Made by a program: the position numbers and the translations under genes. The notes below the pieces were generated by a model, which saw only the letters and a list, made by a program, of their open reading frames with translations, was not told where the DNA came from and did not search any database. This document shows, piece after piece, positions 49,301-62,600 of a DNA stretch of 64,000 nucleotides. Position 1 is the first letter of the stretch; the number at the start of each line of letters is the position of its first letter. This DNA is from Rhynchobatus australiae (Eukaryota): the NCBI GenBank assembly GCA_034780895.1, contig JAUZTB010000064.1, forward strand, positions 113,182,645 to 113,246,644, written 5' to 3'.

Positions 49301-51344
49301 GGCTATGATTGGCAGAGAAAACCTTGAATATTAAGCAAGTGTTAATGAGAATGTATTATGCATTATTTTTATGCTGCTTGAATGTAGCTACTTTGTTACA
49401 CTTGAAAAGCTTGTTAGGTTCTAGGGAAGCTATGTTCTGAACATTCTCCTGGAAAATGTGTGTGCCACCAATCAACCCTATAGTTCCTTAGCAACACACT
49501 AAGGAGGCAAAGCTAATGAGATTTGTTATATGGAGGGGCGGGAACAAAAATTTGAATTTGAACTTGGTTCTGCTCATATTTACCATCTAAAACAATTACT
49601 TCTCTAATGGATTTTTAAAAAATCAAACCAAGTTATTATCTCCACAGTCACTTCAGCATGACTCACACTGTCCATGCATAAAGAGTAACATTCACAATCA
49701 TGTAAAATTCATGGTAGCTAAATGTAATACAAATGGAAATGCACTCTTAAGGAATCATACACATTTTCCATATTATTCCAAACAACACAGCTAATCAAGT
49801 ACATGCAATCATGTTTCAATTAATGTACAAAGAATGTAGAAAAACTGCAACAAAATCTTGCCCTCATTTGATGTTCAAAAATCAGGATCAGCTGAAGCTG
49901 GAAGAGTGCAGTAATTTAGACCTCTTGCAACCTCCATCAGTGAGAGTTCATTGGCAACAGGGGAGGTATAAACCAAAATTATATTATTGCCAACAAGCAA
50001 CAAGATCTATTTGTATAAAATTTATAAAAAAAGGTCCATTTCTAGGGGAACTCAGTTGATGAGAGGACAGATAGAATGTTAGTAGCAAATTACCTGGAGG
50101 CACATAATTGATCTAAATTCCTAAACGTGGGAAATTGTCTCAAGGATGTTGAATAAAATAAGATTCCTTATTCAAATCCTGAACCATTAACCCATTCCCT
50201 GTCCTTCCAGGAGGACTTATTTTTTTTCTTAATTTTAGGTTGACCAAGTATTAAAACAAGTAAGTTAAAGAAGATTCTTAAAATATGGGGCACCTCAATT
50301 GAAGACAAGACATTTTAATCTGGGAAGTAAACCATGTCTTCACCTCCCAAATAATGATGTAGCCAAAATAAACTCAGCAAAAGTGATTGAATAGCCGTAC
50401 CCTAAAGAAAATTGACCCAGATTGACAAAGAGTGTCTCCATTATAATCTGTCTGTTTTACTGGCAAGATGTTGATAAGGTGTTAAAATTTGAGTCTCTGC
50501 ATTAGGGAAGTGATAACACAGACATGCTGCCTGCTGCAGATAATTTCCCAGTTATTCCAGCTGGAAATCAGGTAAGTATAAGGGAGTAATTAAATAATCT
50601 GTTGACAGGCTTCTAACTTCTCAGTGTCCACTTGGCAAGGTACTGGTGGCTGGCAAATACATTTTCAGCTGTATTTCATTGAATAGAATGGGGCAAAGAA
50701 GTGATGAAACAAAAAAAGAGGGAAAAAGCATCTCTGAAAAATGTTGTCCTGTTGCATCTTATAGGAAGCAACGTAAATGTATAATATTATCCAAAATTAT
50801 CAACAAGAATTTATCTTGGTGAATTTATCAGGCAAAAATGAAGATCTGTATGAAGTGAACTGAACAAAACCCTTGCTTTGGCAAATCTGATAGTCATGAC
50901 TCAAAAAAGAAACATTTGTATTTGCAGAATCTTGGTTGTAATCTCTAACTTCAAAGGTATAATCAATACAATCTTCATATATGAACAGCAGGACACTTGG
51001 CATTAGAAAGAAAAGTTCACATTTCTGGCAGGATCCTTAATCAGCATGCTGATGTAGGATCCTTTTCTAAGTAGCAGATGTCTTTTGTTCCAGAGTGATT
51101 ATGTACCCTGTATTATTTCAGTGCTGATGCCGTACTTTATCTTTTATTGTTTTATTTTGAAGCATTTGCCTTTAAACAGAGACAATAGTTGACCTTGTTG
51201 CTCTTACTGCCCTTTTTGATCTGTTTTCTACTAATTGGCTTCCCCTTCCTGACCTAATTCACCTTAGTCTTGTAATGAATTCTTCAGATACCTTACTAGT
51301 TACCATGAGTAAGTGAATCTTACAAACCAAGAGAATCCCATATT

Positions 51345-51650
51345 CAATCTATAGTCTGACTTTTGTAGTGGCCTTATCACCACAGAATAAGAGTAGGGAA
51401 AAAAAAAGTCATCCAAGGATTCTACTCCTGATTGCTCCTGTGCAGATGTTAATGCAGATTTGGCCAGGAATATGCCAAATTGATGCCCCTCTTATTGTAA
51501 GGATTAACATTTTCAGAAAGCAAGGAGAGAACATTGCAAAAATGAGAGAATTGAGTTGTGCTGAACTTTCCCATCCAGGTACTTCTCAAATCCTGTACTG
51601 TATGAGAGTAAAGCATCCTATGGAACTTGGGGAGATGTAACCTTCTGATG
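51345..51650 (+). mobile_element. AmnSINE2-like ancient SINE, decayed
   Basis: agtagggaaaaaaaaagtcatccaaggattctactcctgattgct resembles AmnSINE2 ggggaaaaatcagccagggttcccgctcctgatcgct. Confidence 0.45.
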
Positions 51651-53724
51651 CAGTAATACAGACATACTTTTAAGAATATAAGAAAAAGGAGTAGGACAAT
51701 TGGCCCTTCTATTTTAAGGACACACAATTTTGCAGACACTAAAATCTGAGTGGGTTGTCAGAGATTTTGATTAAGGTGCTGGTATTATTTCCTAAAAGAT
51801 CTTGAAGATCTTGCATTGGTTGGCTTTGATTGGACATTGTTATGTATGACAAATGTTTTGAGTTGAAAATCTGGAATATTTTTGGGGTTAAAAAATTTAA
51901 TAGACTATTGAATGGCCTTAATCTATATAATTAGTAGAAAGATAGCTCACTGACATCTGGCAAAGATTTTACGCCAAATGTTCTTTCTGTTCTCAAGATT
52001 TGACTTTCGGTTGTATTACTGGTCCTTAACACTTCTGAATTTTTTTCATTATTATGCATCTTTAGTGTTCTTTATGGGAAAAAAAGAATCAGTGGAACAA
52101 AAATGGATCAATGAAGTAACTTGGTTATTGCCAGTAGGGTGATAACATCTTATAATGTAGTCACTATGACATATAATTGGTTTAAAAAATATTCAGCACA
52201 TGAATAAGAAAGAAGTCATAGCTCAACAATCCCAGTTCCATATAGATGTCTGACCTGTTGAGTATTTCCTGCATGTCATAATTTAGTTTCAGACTTTTGG
52301 CAGCTGCAGGATTTTGCATTTGGAGTAAATTACAACTATGAAGTAGTCAGCTTATAAAAGGAATGAATTCTTGGTAAATTTTTCTTCAAGTAAAACTTTA
52401 TAAATTGAAAAGGTGGGACGAATTGCATTATGATATTTTGGTACTTGTATTCCTAGTAATTGAGTGTGGAGTTCTAATCATTATTGTAACAAATGAATTT
52501 GTAAATTGAAGATTCTACCCCAAAGAGTCAATGGTGGTGTAGTGAATGTTTGTAAATAAAGGAATACCTGAATTTCCCAACCTAGTCTGCACTGATTATT
52601 CATCTCAGACATAGTGATGGGAAGAGCATTCCCACTGACTTTAAAGAGCTGATGCAACTTGGTCATGAAGTCAACAGGAAGAAAACTGGTAAGATGTACA
52701 AGAGGCATCCAGTCTACCATGACCTCCAATCAGTCCCAAACCCACATATAAGCCAGGGAAGGGGACAAAATTCCCAGTCTTCATTACCACTGTGACTAAC
52801 TTATGCACATGTGAACCTTAGGATCTTAGCCCTCCAGCTTTTACCATATGGCCTTGTATTTAATTCTTTTTTAAAAATCCAGGAGTGTTACGGACCAGTA
52901 ATACAACCAAAAGTCAAATCCTTAAGGAGGACAGAAAGAAAATTTGGTGCAAAATCTTTGCCAGATGTCAGTGAGCCATTCTTTCTACTAATTATTAATA
53001 GAGCCACTCTAACCATATGTTTGCTTTCAGAAGGGGCAAACAGCATTTACATCAGGTGGTTCATCAAGAAAATTGCAGGCACACTATTTGGAAGGGAAAA
53101 AAGTCTTGTGGAAATGAATGAGTTCCTAGGCATTGGCAGTATTGGAGGAAATTTACCTTGGCATACTAAACCACTGGTTGTAAATAGCTAAAACATTAGG
53201 TTTGTTTAATGAGAGAACCAGTCTAAGCAGCATATATAAACAGAGCACTATGATTAAGCAACAATGACTACCTCAGAGGGCTCTGTTTTTTTCTATGAAT
53301 GAGGTCTTTTTAAAGGATTTGAAAGATTGTGGAGAAAGTATCATAGGTCTGCTGTATCTAAATCTTATCTGTTTGGTGGTATGGGTGAGGATTAATGTGA
53401 TTTGTGACATGATATCACAAATTGAAGGAATTAATAGCCTAGGTTAGAAAGCAGGGATGGTTGGTTACATAGCTTGAAAATCTGTGGCTTTATATTCCTA
53501 ACAAGAAACCAAAAAACAAAGCCTATCTGCCTCTCTCTCTCTTATTCTCACACAATCCAACTTTGGAAAGAAAGGTAGAATTTTTAGGACTTGCAAGCAT
53601 GCAATGGAACAGTTGTGGCTGCTGAAAGCTATCCAGGACTGAAATCTGGCAAAATATTTTTTTCTAACTTTTCAATTTCATTTTCTCCAACAGGCATAAT
53701 TGGAGCAAAATCTGAATAGTTTTA

Positions 53725-54915
53725 ATTGCTTAGGCAGTTCTCAGAATTGAGGATGACTTGCTTCCTTTTCTCAGGTGCAATTCAGACTACTGCAGAAGGG
53801 GCAAGAGATGCCCGACAGGGTGGTGTTTGGTAGTTTGTAAGGAGGTGTGCTCCCTTTGCTGTTTACACAGTGCTTCTGTGTGCTCCAAATGCCTGTATTC
53901 AGGGTTCTCAACACAATCCTGAATGCTGCTTCTCCACTTTGAGTTTTTTATGGGCCAGTGGTGATGTTGTTTAAGGAGGCTTGGTAAGAAGGTCCTTTCA
54001 ATCTTTTCTTCTCTCCACTTGGCAATGGCTTCCTGCGAGAGCGCAGTATAATGTGTCAAAGTCAATGTTGAGTTGACGGAGGAGCTGACTGATGTAATTA
54101 GACCCTCAATGTTGGGATGTTGGCCTGGGAGAGGGCATAATTGGTTCAAATCCTTCCCGTAAACCTGAAGGATTTTGCAGAGATGTCATTATTCGTATTT
54201 CTGAAGTGCCAGCTGTTGGTAGTCCAGGTCTCTGAAGTATATTATAAAGTCACAGAGTCGTACAGCACAGAAACAGTCCCTTTGGTCCACCAGGTCTACG
54301 CTGATCTTTTTTCCAATCTAACTAATTTCATTTGCCCATATTAGGACTGTATTCCTTTTTGCCTTGTCTATTTATGTGTCTGTCTAAAGGCACCTTAAAC
54401 ATAGTAATTGTATCTAATTCCACAATTTCCTCTGACAGCATGTTCTAGATATCAACCATCTGTGCATATATAAAAAAAAACTCACTCCTCAGATCCCCTT
54501 TAAAACTCCTTCCTCTCACCTTAAGTCTATGGCCTCTTTTGTTTTTATATCCCTACCATGGGCAAAAGGTTCTGACTGTCTACCTTACTATGCCTGTCAT
54601 AATCTTAGGTACTTCTGTCAGCTATTGGTGGGCAGGGATCACTGTTGCCCAGGAGATCATAACTTTTGTGCCAGATTTGAGATCTTTATCTTCAAACACC
54701 CTTTTCTTCAGTTAACCAGAGGCAGTGTAAGAGCAAAGAAATGTCATCATCAATGTCTTCCTTTGCTGAGCAGTGGCTTTCTGAGTAATGTGAAGTCATC
54801 CACATCTTCAGAACATGAACCATTGTAGTTAGAAGACAGTGTGGTATATCAGGGGCAGGTTGGTTGAGAATTTTTGTCATGAAAAAATGTTGAGCCCATG
54901 GCACATGTTCTTGTA
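53725..54915 (-). mobile_element. RTE-clade LINE 3' portion split by a CR1 insertion
   Basis: Terminal ttaggcagttctcagaattgaggatgacttgc; RTE-like segments at 53725-54240 and 54610-54915. Confidence 0.75.
54245..54610 (-). mobile_element. CR1 3' fragment nested in RTE
   Basis: cacagagtcgtacagcacagaaacagtccctttggtccacc...cagatcccctttaaaactccttcctctcacctt. Confidence 0.8.
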
Positions 54916-54999
54916 TGTTTCAGTGAATGAGTCCATGCACAGCCTCGTATCATTGCATAATGACAAGGGAACAGAAGCTATTTAGCAATTCTTAGGCCA

Positions 55000-55545
55000 A
55001 ACTTTCTTGTCCTGTTCTTCAATAACAGAATGAAATTTTCTCTGTCACCTTTATTAGCTCCCCAAAATACTTGAAAACTTGGATCAAATCATCCTTTTAA
55101 CTTGTTAGTTCCAAGGAAAGTTTATGTAACTTTTTTGCATATCTTAATCAATGGAGTTAAGATATCAATCTAGCAAACCTATTCTGTGCTCCTACCAAGC
55201 CTAAAGTATGCTTTTAAAGATATTGCATCCAAGCAGTATTGTTGGTGTGGGGTGACCCAGGTTGATCAGCTGCATCATGATTTGTATAATTTTGTATAAT
55301 AGTTCTCTTGGTAAAATTGCCAGCATTTCATTATCCTTTTCATGTCATATACCTACTTATAACATTTAAATATTCAATATACTTGGACATCTGTCCTTTT
55401 GGGGTAGAATGGATATAGTGGGTCAAGTAACCTCTTCTGTGCCATAATTTTGGTTCTAATATCCATTGTTTCTATCTTTGCTTTATATGTTTTAGTGGAT
55501 GGCATCATTCTTGCCAATGTTGAAATCCATTTGCCTGATTAATAT
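55000..55545 (-). mobile_element. Highly decayed CR1 fragment
   Basis: gatcaaatcatccttttaac...gttgaaatccatttgcc. Confidence 0.45.
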
Positions 55546-55789
55546 TTTTGTAATTTATGCAAGTTCAGTCCATTAAATTAATCTGGAATAAGAAGCTGAC
55601 AAACATATTGAATTGTTGGAAAAACACAAGAGAGTTTTGTGATTTCAGATCCACAACAAGGTTGTCATCATTTAACTGTCTCCAACAGTGGTAAGCCATG
55701 AAGTGTAGGAAAACTACAATGTTGAAACACATTGAAAATAAAACTGGAAAAATTACCAGGCATTCATCTGCCTTTAAGTTTCAGACATG

Positions 55790-55990
55790 ACATAAGACCA
55801 TAAGAAGCAAAGTGGCAGTAGGTTAATCTTCTCCTCATCCATTCAGTAAGATTAAGGCTGATCTACTACCTCAGCACCCCTTTCCTGCACTAACCCTATA
55901 TCCCTTGATTTCCAAACATCTATAAATCTCTGCCTTCACAGCGTGATGAAGCTCCATCCCTTCCATATCTATGAGACAATTTAGCACTTG
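55790..55990 (-). mobile_element. CR1 3' tail
   Basis: cataagaccataagaagcaaagtggcagtagg...ccattcagtaagattaaggctgatct. Confidence 0.7.
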
Positions 55991-56039
55991 TGAAGGGTAC
56001 TTTGCAGTGCTGACTAGCATGGGTATATCTCTGAGGTTC

Positions 56040-56260
56040 AGTTATTGAACAGAAGATGGAGATTGGAAATAAATGTTTTTCTTTGGCAAGGCTATGACTA
56101 ATGCAGTACCATGGGGATCATTGCTGAGACCCCAACTGTTAACAGTCTATGTCAATAATTTCGACGAGAAACCAAGGAAATATATCCAAGTTTGCTGATG
56201 ATTCAAAGCTGGATGGCGGTGTGATTATGAGGAGGCTGAAAAGAGGTTTCAAGGGGATAG
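56040..56260 (+). mobile_element. CR1 RT fragment
   Basis: VPWGSLLRPQL; ISKFADDSKL. Confidence 0.75.
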
Positions 56261-56261
56261 G

Positions 56262-56382
56262 GAGACACAAGAGATTCTGCAGATACTGGAATCTGGAGCA
56301 ACACACACAAAGTGCTGGAGAAACTCAGCAGGTCAGGTAACATCTATGGATGGACATAAACATTTCTGGCTTCTGTCCTCTT
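56262..56382 (-). mobile_element. Penelope pLTR
   Basis: agattctgcagatactggaatctggagcaacacacacaaagtgctggagaaactcagcaggtcagg. Confidence 0.7.
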
Positions 56383-56482
56383 NNNNNNNNNNNNNNNNNN
56401 NNNNNNNNNNNNNNNNNNNNNNNNNNNNNNNNNNNNNNNNNNNNNNNNNNNNNNNNNNNNNNNNNNNNNNNNNNNNNNNNNN

Positions 56483-56745
56483 TACCCATCCTGTATTGTT
56501 CTGAGAAGGTGATAGTAAACCACTTTCTTGAACCACTGCAGTCCTTACTGAGAAGGTACACCCACAAAGCTGTTAGAAAAGTAGTTTCAGGATTTAGAGG
56601 CAATGGCAATAATGGAATGGTGACATATTCACAAGTCAGAATTATGTAAGACTGGAGGAGAATGTGCAGGAGTTGGTGTTTTCCTAAGACTGAAGCCTCG
56701 GTGGTAGAGGGTGAGCGTTTTGAAGGTGCTGCTGGAAGAGGCATA
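56483..56745 (-). mobile_element. CR1/L2-group LINE 3' tail
   Basis: cccatcctgtattgttctgagaaggtgatagtaaaccactttcttgaaccactgcagtcc; same family as 45300-45545. Confidence 0.7.
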
Positions 56746-57149
56746 TCAAACAAATAGAATAATTATCAATCAAAAGGCAGCATTCCTCAATTAAATTTCA
56801 CTGTATTTTATACATATTTCAACATTAAATTCATTCTTTATTGAAGATGGAACAGTCATTTTCCTGTTATATTCAGGCTTTATCAGTACCCTGATGACTG
56901 TATTGGCAATACTTGCTTTTGTACAGAAACAAAAAATTCATTGCCTTTTGTGCCAATTTCCACCCTGCTCATTTTCACGTGATCCATTTCTGATGTTCCC
57001 TTGCCTTTCTTGATACCTCTTTTTCCATCTTGTCAGTATGCATTAAGTCCACAGACATTCGCAACTGTCTAGACAACATCTTCCCATCTTGCTTTCAGTA
57101 AGAAATCCATTTCATTCTCCCAGGTTCTCCTCCTCCATAATTTATTTGT

Positions 57150-58295
57150 ATCGTAAGCTGTATACTAGAAGGAATGCAAGTGAATCACCGTTTCAACTGT
57201 TTCATTCCCTGGATGGTGGAAGAGGAAGAGATTAAGAGGCAGGTGCTTCATTTCTGGGAAAGTGCTGGGAGTGGCTGGTGATATGGAAGAATGAATCAAG
57301 AAGTTGTGGAGTAAACAAGCCCTTCAAAGCTGGAAGGGGAGAGGCACACTAGTGGTTTAGAAATGTTCTTTTTCCTTAACCATGGATTCCCTTCTATCAA
57401 AATTGACAAGGCCCTCAACTGCATCTCCTCTATTTCCTGTACTTCTGTTCTCCCTCCATTTTTCCGAGCCAGAATAAGGATAAGAGTTCCCCTTGTTCTT
57501 ACCTTCCATCCACCAGCTTCCACATTCAATGGATTATCCTCTGCAATTTCTGCTACTGTTAACTGGATTCCACCAGCAGACATCTCATCTCCTCCTCTCT
57601 CCTCCTTCCAGCACTTTCCCAGATGACTGCAGGGAAACAAAATGCCTGCCCATCCAAGCCCCCAGGAGTCATACCTGGCGGAACAGCAATTCACTTGTAC
57701 TACTTCTAATCTAATGCTAATGATGTGGTCTCCTCCACATTGGAGAATTTAAACTCAGGTGTTTTTTTCACCTCTTTAGAGAAATCTCTTTGTTCATTCC
57801 ACAAAGGTGACCCTGAACTTCCATTCACCTGTTACTTTATTAATTTTCTGTCCCATTCCTGTTCTCATCTCTCTGCCTGGGACCTCTTGCTCTATTCCAA
57901 TATGGCCCAACCTGAGCCTTGGGGACAAGACCTCACCTTCCATTTAGGCACATTGCACTCCTCAGGACTCAATATCGTACTATGCTATTTTGAGTCACCA
58001 ACTACTTTTTCACAGATATTTCTGGATGTTGCTGGATATTTCAATTTTAATTTGTTTCCATCGTTTCCTTTCTGTCTCTAATTCTGGTACTTAACGTGTG
58101 GTTACCTTAACAACTGTGGTCTGCACCATCTTACAGACATTTCCTCCTCCCCCATTCTGCACCTTAAAACATGATTGTTTACTCACTTTTCCAGTTCTGA
58201 TGAAAAGTTATTGACATGAGAGGCTGGCTGTTTCTTTTTCCTTGTATGCTCCCTGACCTGCTGAATACTTCCGGCAATATCTGTTTCTGTTCCAT
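57150..58295 (+). mobile_element. Penelope-like element with an inverted 5' segment
   Basis: FFLNHGFPS..IDKAL, RVPLVLTFHP, GIY-YIG remnant and pLTR at 58190-58295 on plus; 57150-57345 is Penelope sequence in the opposite orientation. Confidence 0.75.
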
Positions 58296-58439
58296 GATTA
58301 AAATTGTGATTGATAGTTGGGCAAAAGAATTTGAAAAATTGTTAATGAATACATAATCTAAGCATGTTTAGGTTTATGTTTGTGACTGATGATAAAGATT
58401 GAACAGTATTTTTTTATTTCATTAATTCTGCTTATATCG

Positions 58440-58690
58440 TTGAATCATAGAACTGAGGCCATACAGCCCATCATGTCTGTACAGCCATCAACTTGAGCAA
58501 TCCTGTCAGTCCCATTTGTTTGGTCTTTTGCCATAGTTGTGGAAATTGGTCTCTCTCAAATCCTGTATGAAGGCACTCAGTTTTGTTTCAATCATCCCTG
58601 CAGGCAATAAATTCCAGATTACAATTACTTTCTGCTTAAAAGAATGTTCTCCTGTCCGCCCTGAATGCTTTGCCTCAAAGTTTTAAACCT
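58440..58690 (-). mobile_element. Decayed CR1 3' end
   Basis: gaatcatagaactgaggccatacagcccatcatgtctg...aattccagattacaattactttctgcttaaaagaatg. Confidence 0.6.
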
Positions 58691-59689
58691 CCAAGCATCG
58701 TCCTCGAAATATAAGAAGCCTTTGCACCAGCATTAGTACAGCCATTGATATGATACCTAGCAATGGCTTAATCTACTTTTAACTTTGGATATTAATAAGT
58801 ANNNNNNNNNNNNNNNNNNNNNNNNNNNNNNNNNNNNNNNNNNNNNNNNNNNNNNNNNNNNNNNNNNNNNNNNNNNNNNNNNNNNNNNNNNNNNNNNNNN
58901 NNNNNNNNNNNNNNNNNNNNNNNNNNNNNNNNNNNNNNNNNNNNNNNNNNNNNNNNNNNNNNNNNNNNNNNNNNNNNNNNNNNNNNNNNNNNNNNNNNNN
59001 NNNNNNNTGAGGAATTGCGTGCTATAGCAGTAATCAGTGTGTGAATGTGGTATTGTCAGATGACACTGGTGGGTTATAACAGTAATTTTGATCAGGCAAG
59101 AGAAATCCTTAAATTGTCTGCAGAGTGTGACAAGGTTTATGTTGGTTCATTCTTGATATTCTTGCCACCTACCGATGCCACCTCATTTTTGTACAGGAGT
59201 TGTTCTTGGCACCCCTGGTGTCAGACAGCCCTCTTGTACTATACTTGTCTTTTAAGGATTTAAAGAGGAAAAAGTATCAAATTTGGACTTGCTCCCTGCC
59301 TAGTGGAAGGTCCTTTGCAATCAAATATTAGATTGTGTATCTACGTAGCTCCTCAACGGCATCCAACAGTGCATGGACCCCTGCATCAAATGGCACAAGA
59401 TCATTTTCACAGGTGAATGTTATGGGTTCAATAACTCACACTTTATACTCAGTAATAGGAAAATTATTGTACCTTGCATTTTATACTCATGCTCACACCA
59501 TTATAGGAAGAGCACTGTTGAAATCCTTGCTCCAAGTGTGTCCAGATAAAGAGGTCCAGGTTCCCTAGGCAATGCTACTTTAGCACTTGTATTGAGGGCT
59601 AAGGAATTTCCAGCCCACCTAGCTATGTCTTTTAGCACTTTGCTCAACTGATTGTCTGGGCAATATCAACATGTATTTATGTAGCACCA

Positions 59690-59920
59690 TTCAATGAAGA
59701 ATGGATTCATTGCTTAAAAAAAATGTGTAAAATATGGTAAAGGCACAGACAAGGGATGTGTTGGAACAGTTTAGGAAAAGTAATTAACCAAAACATTGGA
59801 AAGAAAATGGTTTCTGAACAGGCTTTTAAAGGGTCAGATCTGAAAGGAACAGTTTCAGACAATACGGCCAAGACAGCAAAGACTGCGCAATCAGTTATGG
59901 TGTGAAGGGAGTGGGAGGCA
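59690..59920 (-). mobile_element. L2-type 3' fragment
   Basis: ttatgtagcaccattcaatg...aaccaaaacattggaaag...ttttaaagg. Confidence 0.4.
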
Positions 59921-59959
59921 GTAAGTGCTGACTTGCTATTTTACTAGAGAGAAAATCTC

Positions 59960-60125
59960 AGTTGACCCTGACTCCATAATCACCTGTTGTCCATACATTG
60001 ATCAGTAATGGGAACCTTGTATCATCTTCCCTTTTCTATTCTCGAGTTTTGAGCCATCACTTGTGTCTTAGTTAACTGCATTGTTTTTTTGATTAGCTTA
60101 ATGAACCATTAATTGAGCTGGAGTC
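59960..60125 (-). mobile_element. AmnSINE2-like fragment
   Basis: gatcagtaatgggaaccttg...tgagccatc...gattagct resembles the reverse complement of the AmnSINE2 core. Confidence 0.35.
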
Positions 60126-60489
60126 AGTGATTGTGATCCTTCCTGTGTCCCAACGAAGGACAAAGTAACAAAAGTATTTCAAAGAAATTCAGTGGGATCA
60201 GTAAGAAATCCCCTATTTCTGTAAACACATCAATTATTTAGATAAATGTAGGAAGCAATGGAACAATTTGAAACAAGTATGAAAATTTTAAAATTGCAGT
60301 TCTGCTTATCTGCAGTCAGTGTACATCATCAAACACATTGGTGAATAGTGCGAGTTTGGTCGCAGATTTCCAGCTTGCATTAGACTTGCAGATGATAAAA
60401 AATCTCAGGCGGACCATGAGTGATAACAAATTGTTTGACTTCTTGTGTGAAGGATTTAGCAAGACTGTTGCAGCTTGTCACTGTGATTG

Positions 60490-60675
60490 CATTCTTACCC
60501 CAGCAGGGCTTGATACAAGGTTTGAACTCAGTATATGGGTTGAAATTTCAGTGCAATGCTGAGGGAGTGTAGCAGTGTCACAGTTGCCATCATTTGGATT
60601 AAACAATGAAGTGAAGCACATCTCCCTGTTCAAGTCGTTGCAAAAGTTCCTTTGCCAGGGTGACACTCCCCTGCT
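60490..60675 (+). mobile_element. DeuSINE 5' and Deu-domain fragment
   Basis: ttcagtgcaatgctgagggagtgtagcagtgtcacagttgccatc. Confidence 0.6.
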
Positions 60676-61974
60676 GTAAGATCTTCAAATTCCACTTCGC
60701 ACTACACTATGTTGTCAGACTTCAATTCATCACACTCTTCTGTTAGATCTCAAACCCCACAAACCCAATTGCAGAAGCTCCAATGCCCGTCCCTCCCTAG
60801 TTTTCAGACTAGGCACCTCCCCAAACTGTACCTTTCTCACAGATCAAATTACAGAGTCATATGAATAAAAGGAGCACCTTTCTGACTCAACTGACAGGGT
60901 TCTAGAACATGACCTCCAGCTCTGATTCCCATGCTATTGCTAACAACTGGGTAGTCTATTGGTGTACTATTGTTAATTAACAGCACAATTAAAATCACAT
61001 TCGTTTAAAATCAAACGTTAATTGCAATTTTTTAATTGCTTGATAATCCTAATTATTAGTTATTGTGTTTGGTCTGCTAGCCGTGTAAGTTTTTCACATC
61101 CCAAAATCCTGCTTTTGGATTTTAAGGGAATATCATAACAAAAAATACAATTTCTTTTGCATGTCGATCAGATAAACTTTAAGATTGCTGCAGCTAATTT
61201 AGTGAAGGCTTTCATTATCTGGTATATTCAGAATAATAAAATGATTTAATCTTACTGCTGCAGTGCACTTCCTCTTCACAGCCTGTGAATTTCTTTTTGG
61301 CTTTGTAAAAGCACCATCATGCTCTATGGAATTTGATTTGTATGCAGGTAATGCAAGATCGATGTAGTGCTTTGATAATTCTCACATGTTTACATTAACA
61401 TTCACGCATGATGAAGATCTAGTCCATTATAGTACAGGTCACTTTGACAAGATCATCTTTTCCAGCATCTGCGATAAAACATGATGATGTCAAATCGCAT
61501 GTCTGTTTTAAAAAGATTTGTCTTTGGCAGGTTTTTTGTTTTCTCAAGACACGGTTAAAGAAGGACGATGTAACCATGTACATATTTTAGGCACATGCTG
61601 TAAATAGTGTGTATTTATCATTGAAAGCTGGCAACTTAAATATCTGATTTATATCCCTCATTGGGTGTATACAAGCAAGGTGAATGACATTTGTCAATAC
61701 ATATAGGAAAACAGCATGCTAAGGATTCACTTTTAAGAATGTCCTCCATACATAACCATTTTCCATTGTGACTTCAGTCTATTATGCATGTAGTCTGTAA
61801 AACCTCTATCAAAATTCTGAATCTGAAGTGTAGATTCCAAGCTTTCATCATTTGCTTGTTTCCAGTCTTGTAGGAGAGGGTAAACGCTTGTCCTTGGGCA
61901 TTTAAACACTCTACATAATAGGGTCTAAACATTGTTTTCATTTTTGGAATGTGATTCCATTGACGGTATTCATG

Positions 61975-62220
61975 GTTGGGGTGCCATCTTTTTAATAAGA
62001 TATTAATTTGGGGCCACATAAGATGCTCAGGATATTAGGAGATGATGCTTCAAGTGATCTCCCAATATTTTTGGCAACATTTCTTACTCAAGCAGTTGGC
62101 TGCTGCATTTCCCATGTTACTGCATTAACTACACTTATAAAAGGTAATTAATTGGCTAGGATGTCCTTTGGAGAATCTTGAGATTGTGAAAGGCTCTATA
62201 TAAATGCAAGTCTTTTTCCC
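61975..62220 (+). mobile_element. DeuSINE (SacSINE1-like) body and 3' end
   Basis: ggtgccatctttt...ttggctgctgcatttcccatgttac...gtgaaaggctctatataaatgcaagtcttt. Confidence 0.7.
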
Positions 62221-62439
62221 TAATTAAGTTGCAGTACTTTGACCATGTTAAACAAGGGTTTTCTAATCAAAGTTCAGATTCTCCAGTTTCTATGCAATTT
62301 ATTTTTCTGATGATAAGTGTGAACATTTAAATGTTAGATATATTAGAAAATTCAAACCATGAAGCTAATTCTGGAACAGTGATGAGTTTTGGCAGAGAAG
62401 GAGGAGGAGACTGGATGGTGCATTATATGATCCACTATT

Positions 62440-62600
62440 ATCGGACCATGAATGGCTAAACCAATTGACCACCGGTTGGGTTTGCTTCCCTGTCTCTTAA
62501 ACCAAATCTCATCTGAGAGTTGGCACCTCCAGTGGTGTGGTACTCCCTCAGTACTGTCCAAGAGTATTTGCCAAGGGTTTCTGCTCTGGAATGGGTGTAG
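62440..62600 (-). mobile_element. DeuSINE fragment
   Basis: tctcatctgagagttggcacctccagtggtgtggtactccctcagtactg. Confidence 0.65.

Noticed and set aside
50500-50580. Consensus splice donor CAG/GTAAGT at ~50571
   Set aside because: No clear acceptor or recognisable coding sequence; an isolated donor is expected by chance in 64 kb.
52480-53190. Possible ancient L2/Crack RT remnant and a 126-aa plus-strand ORF
   Set aside because: Only a weak resemblance (VDF..KL...VSGNAL); too degenerate to support a call.
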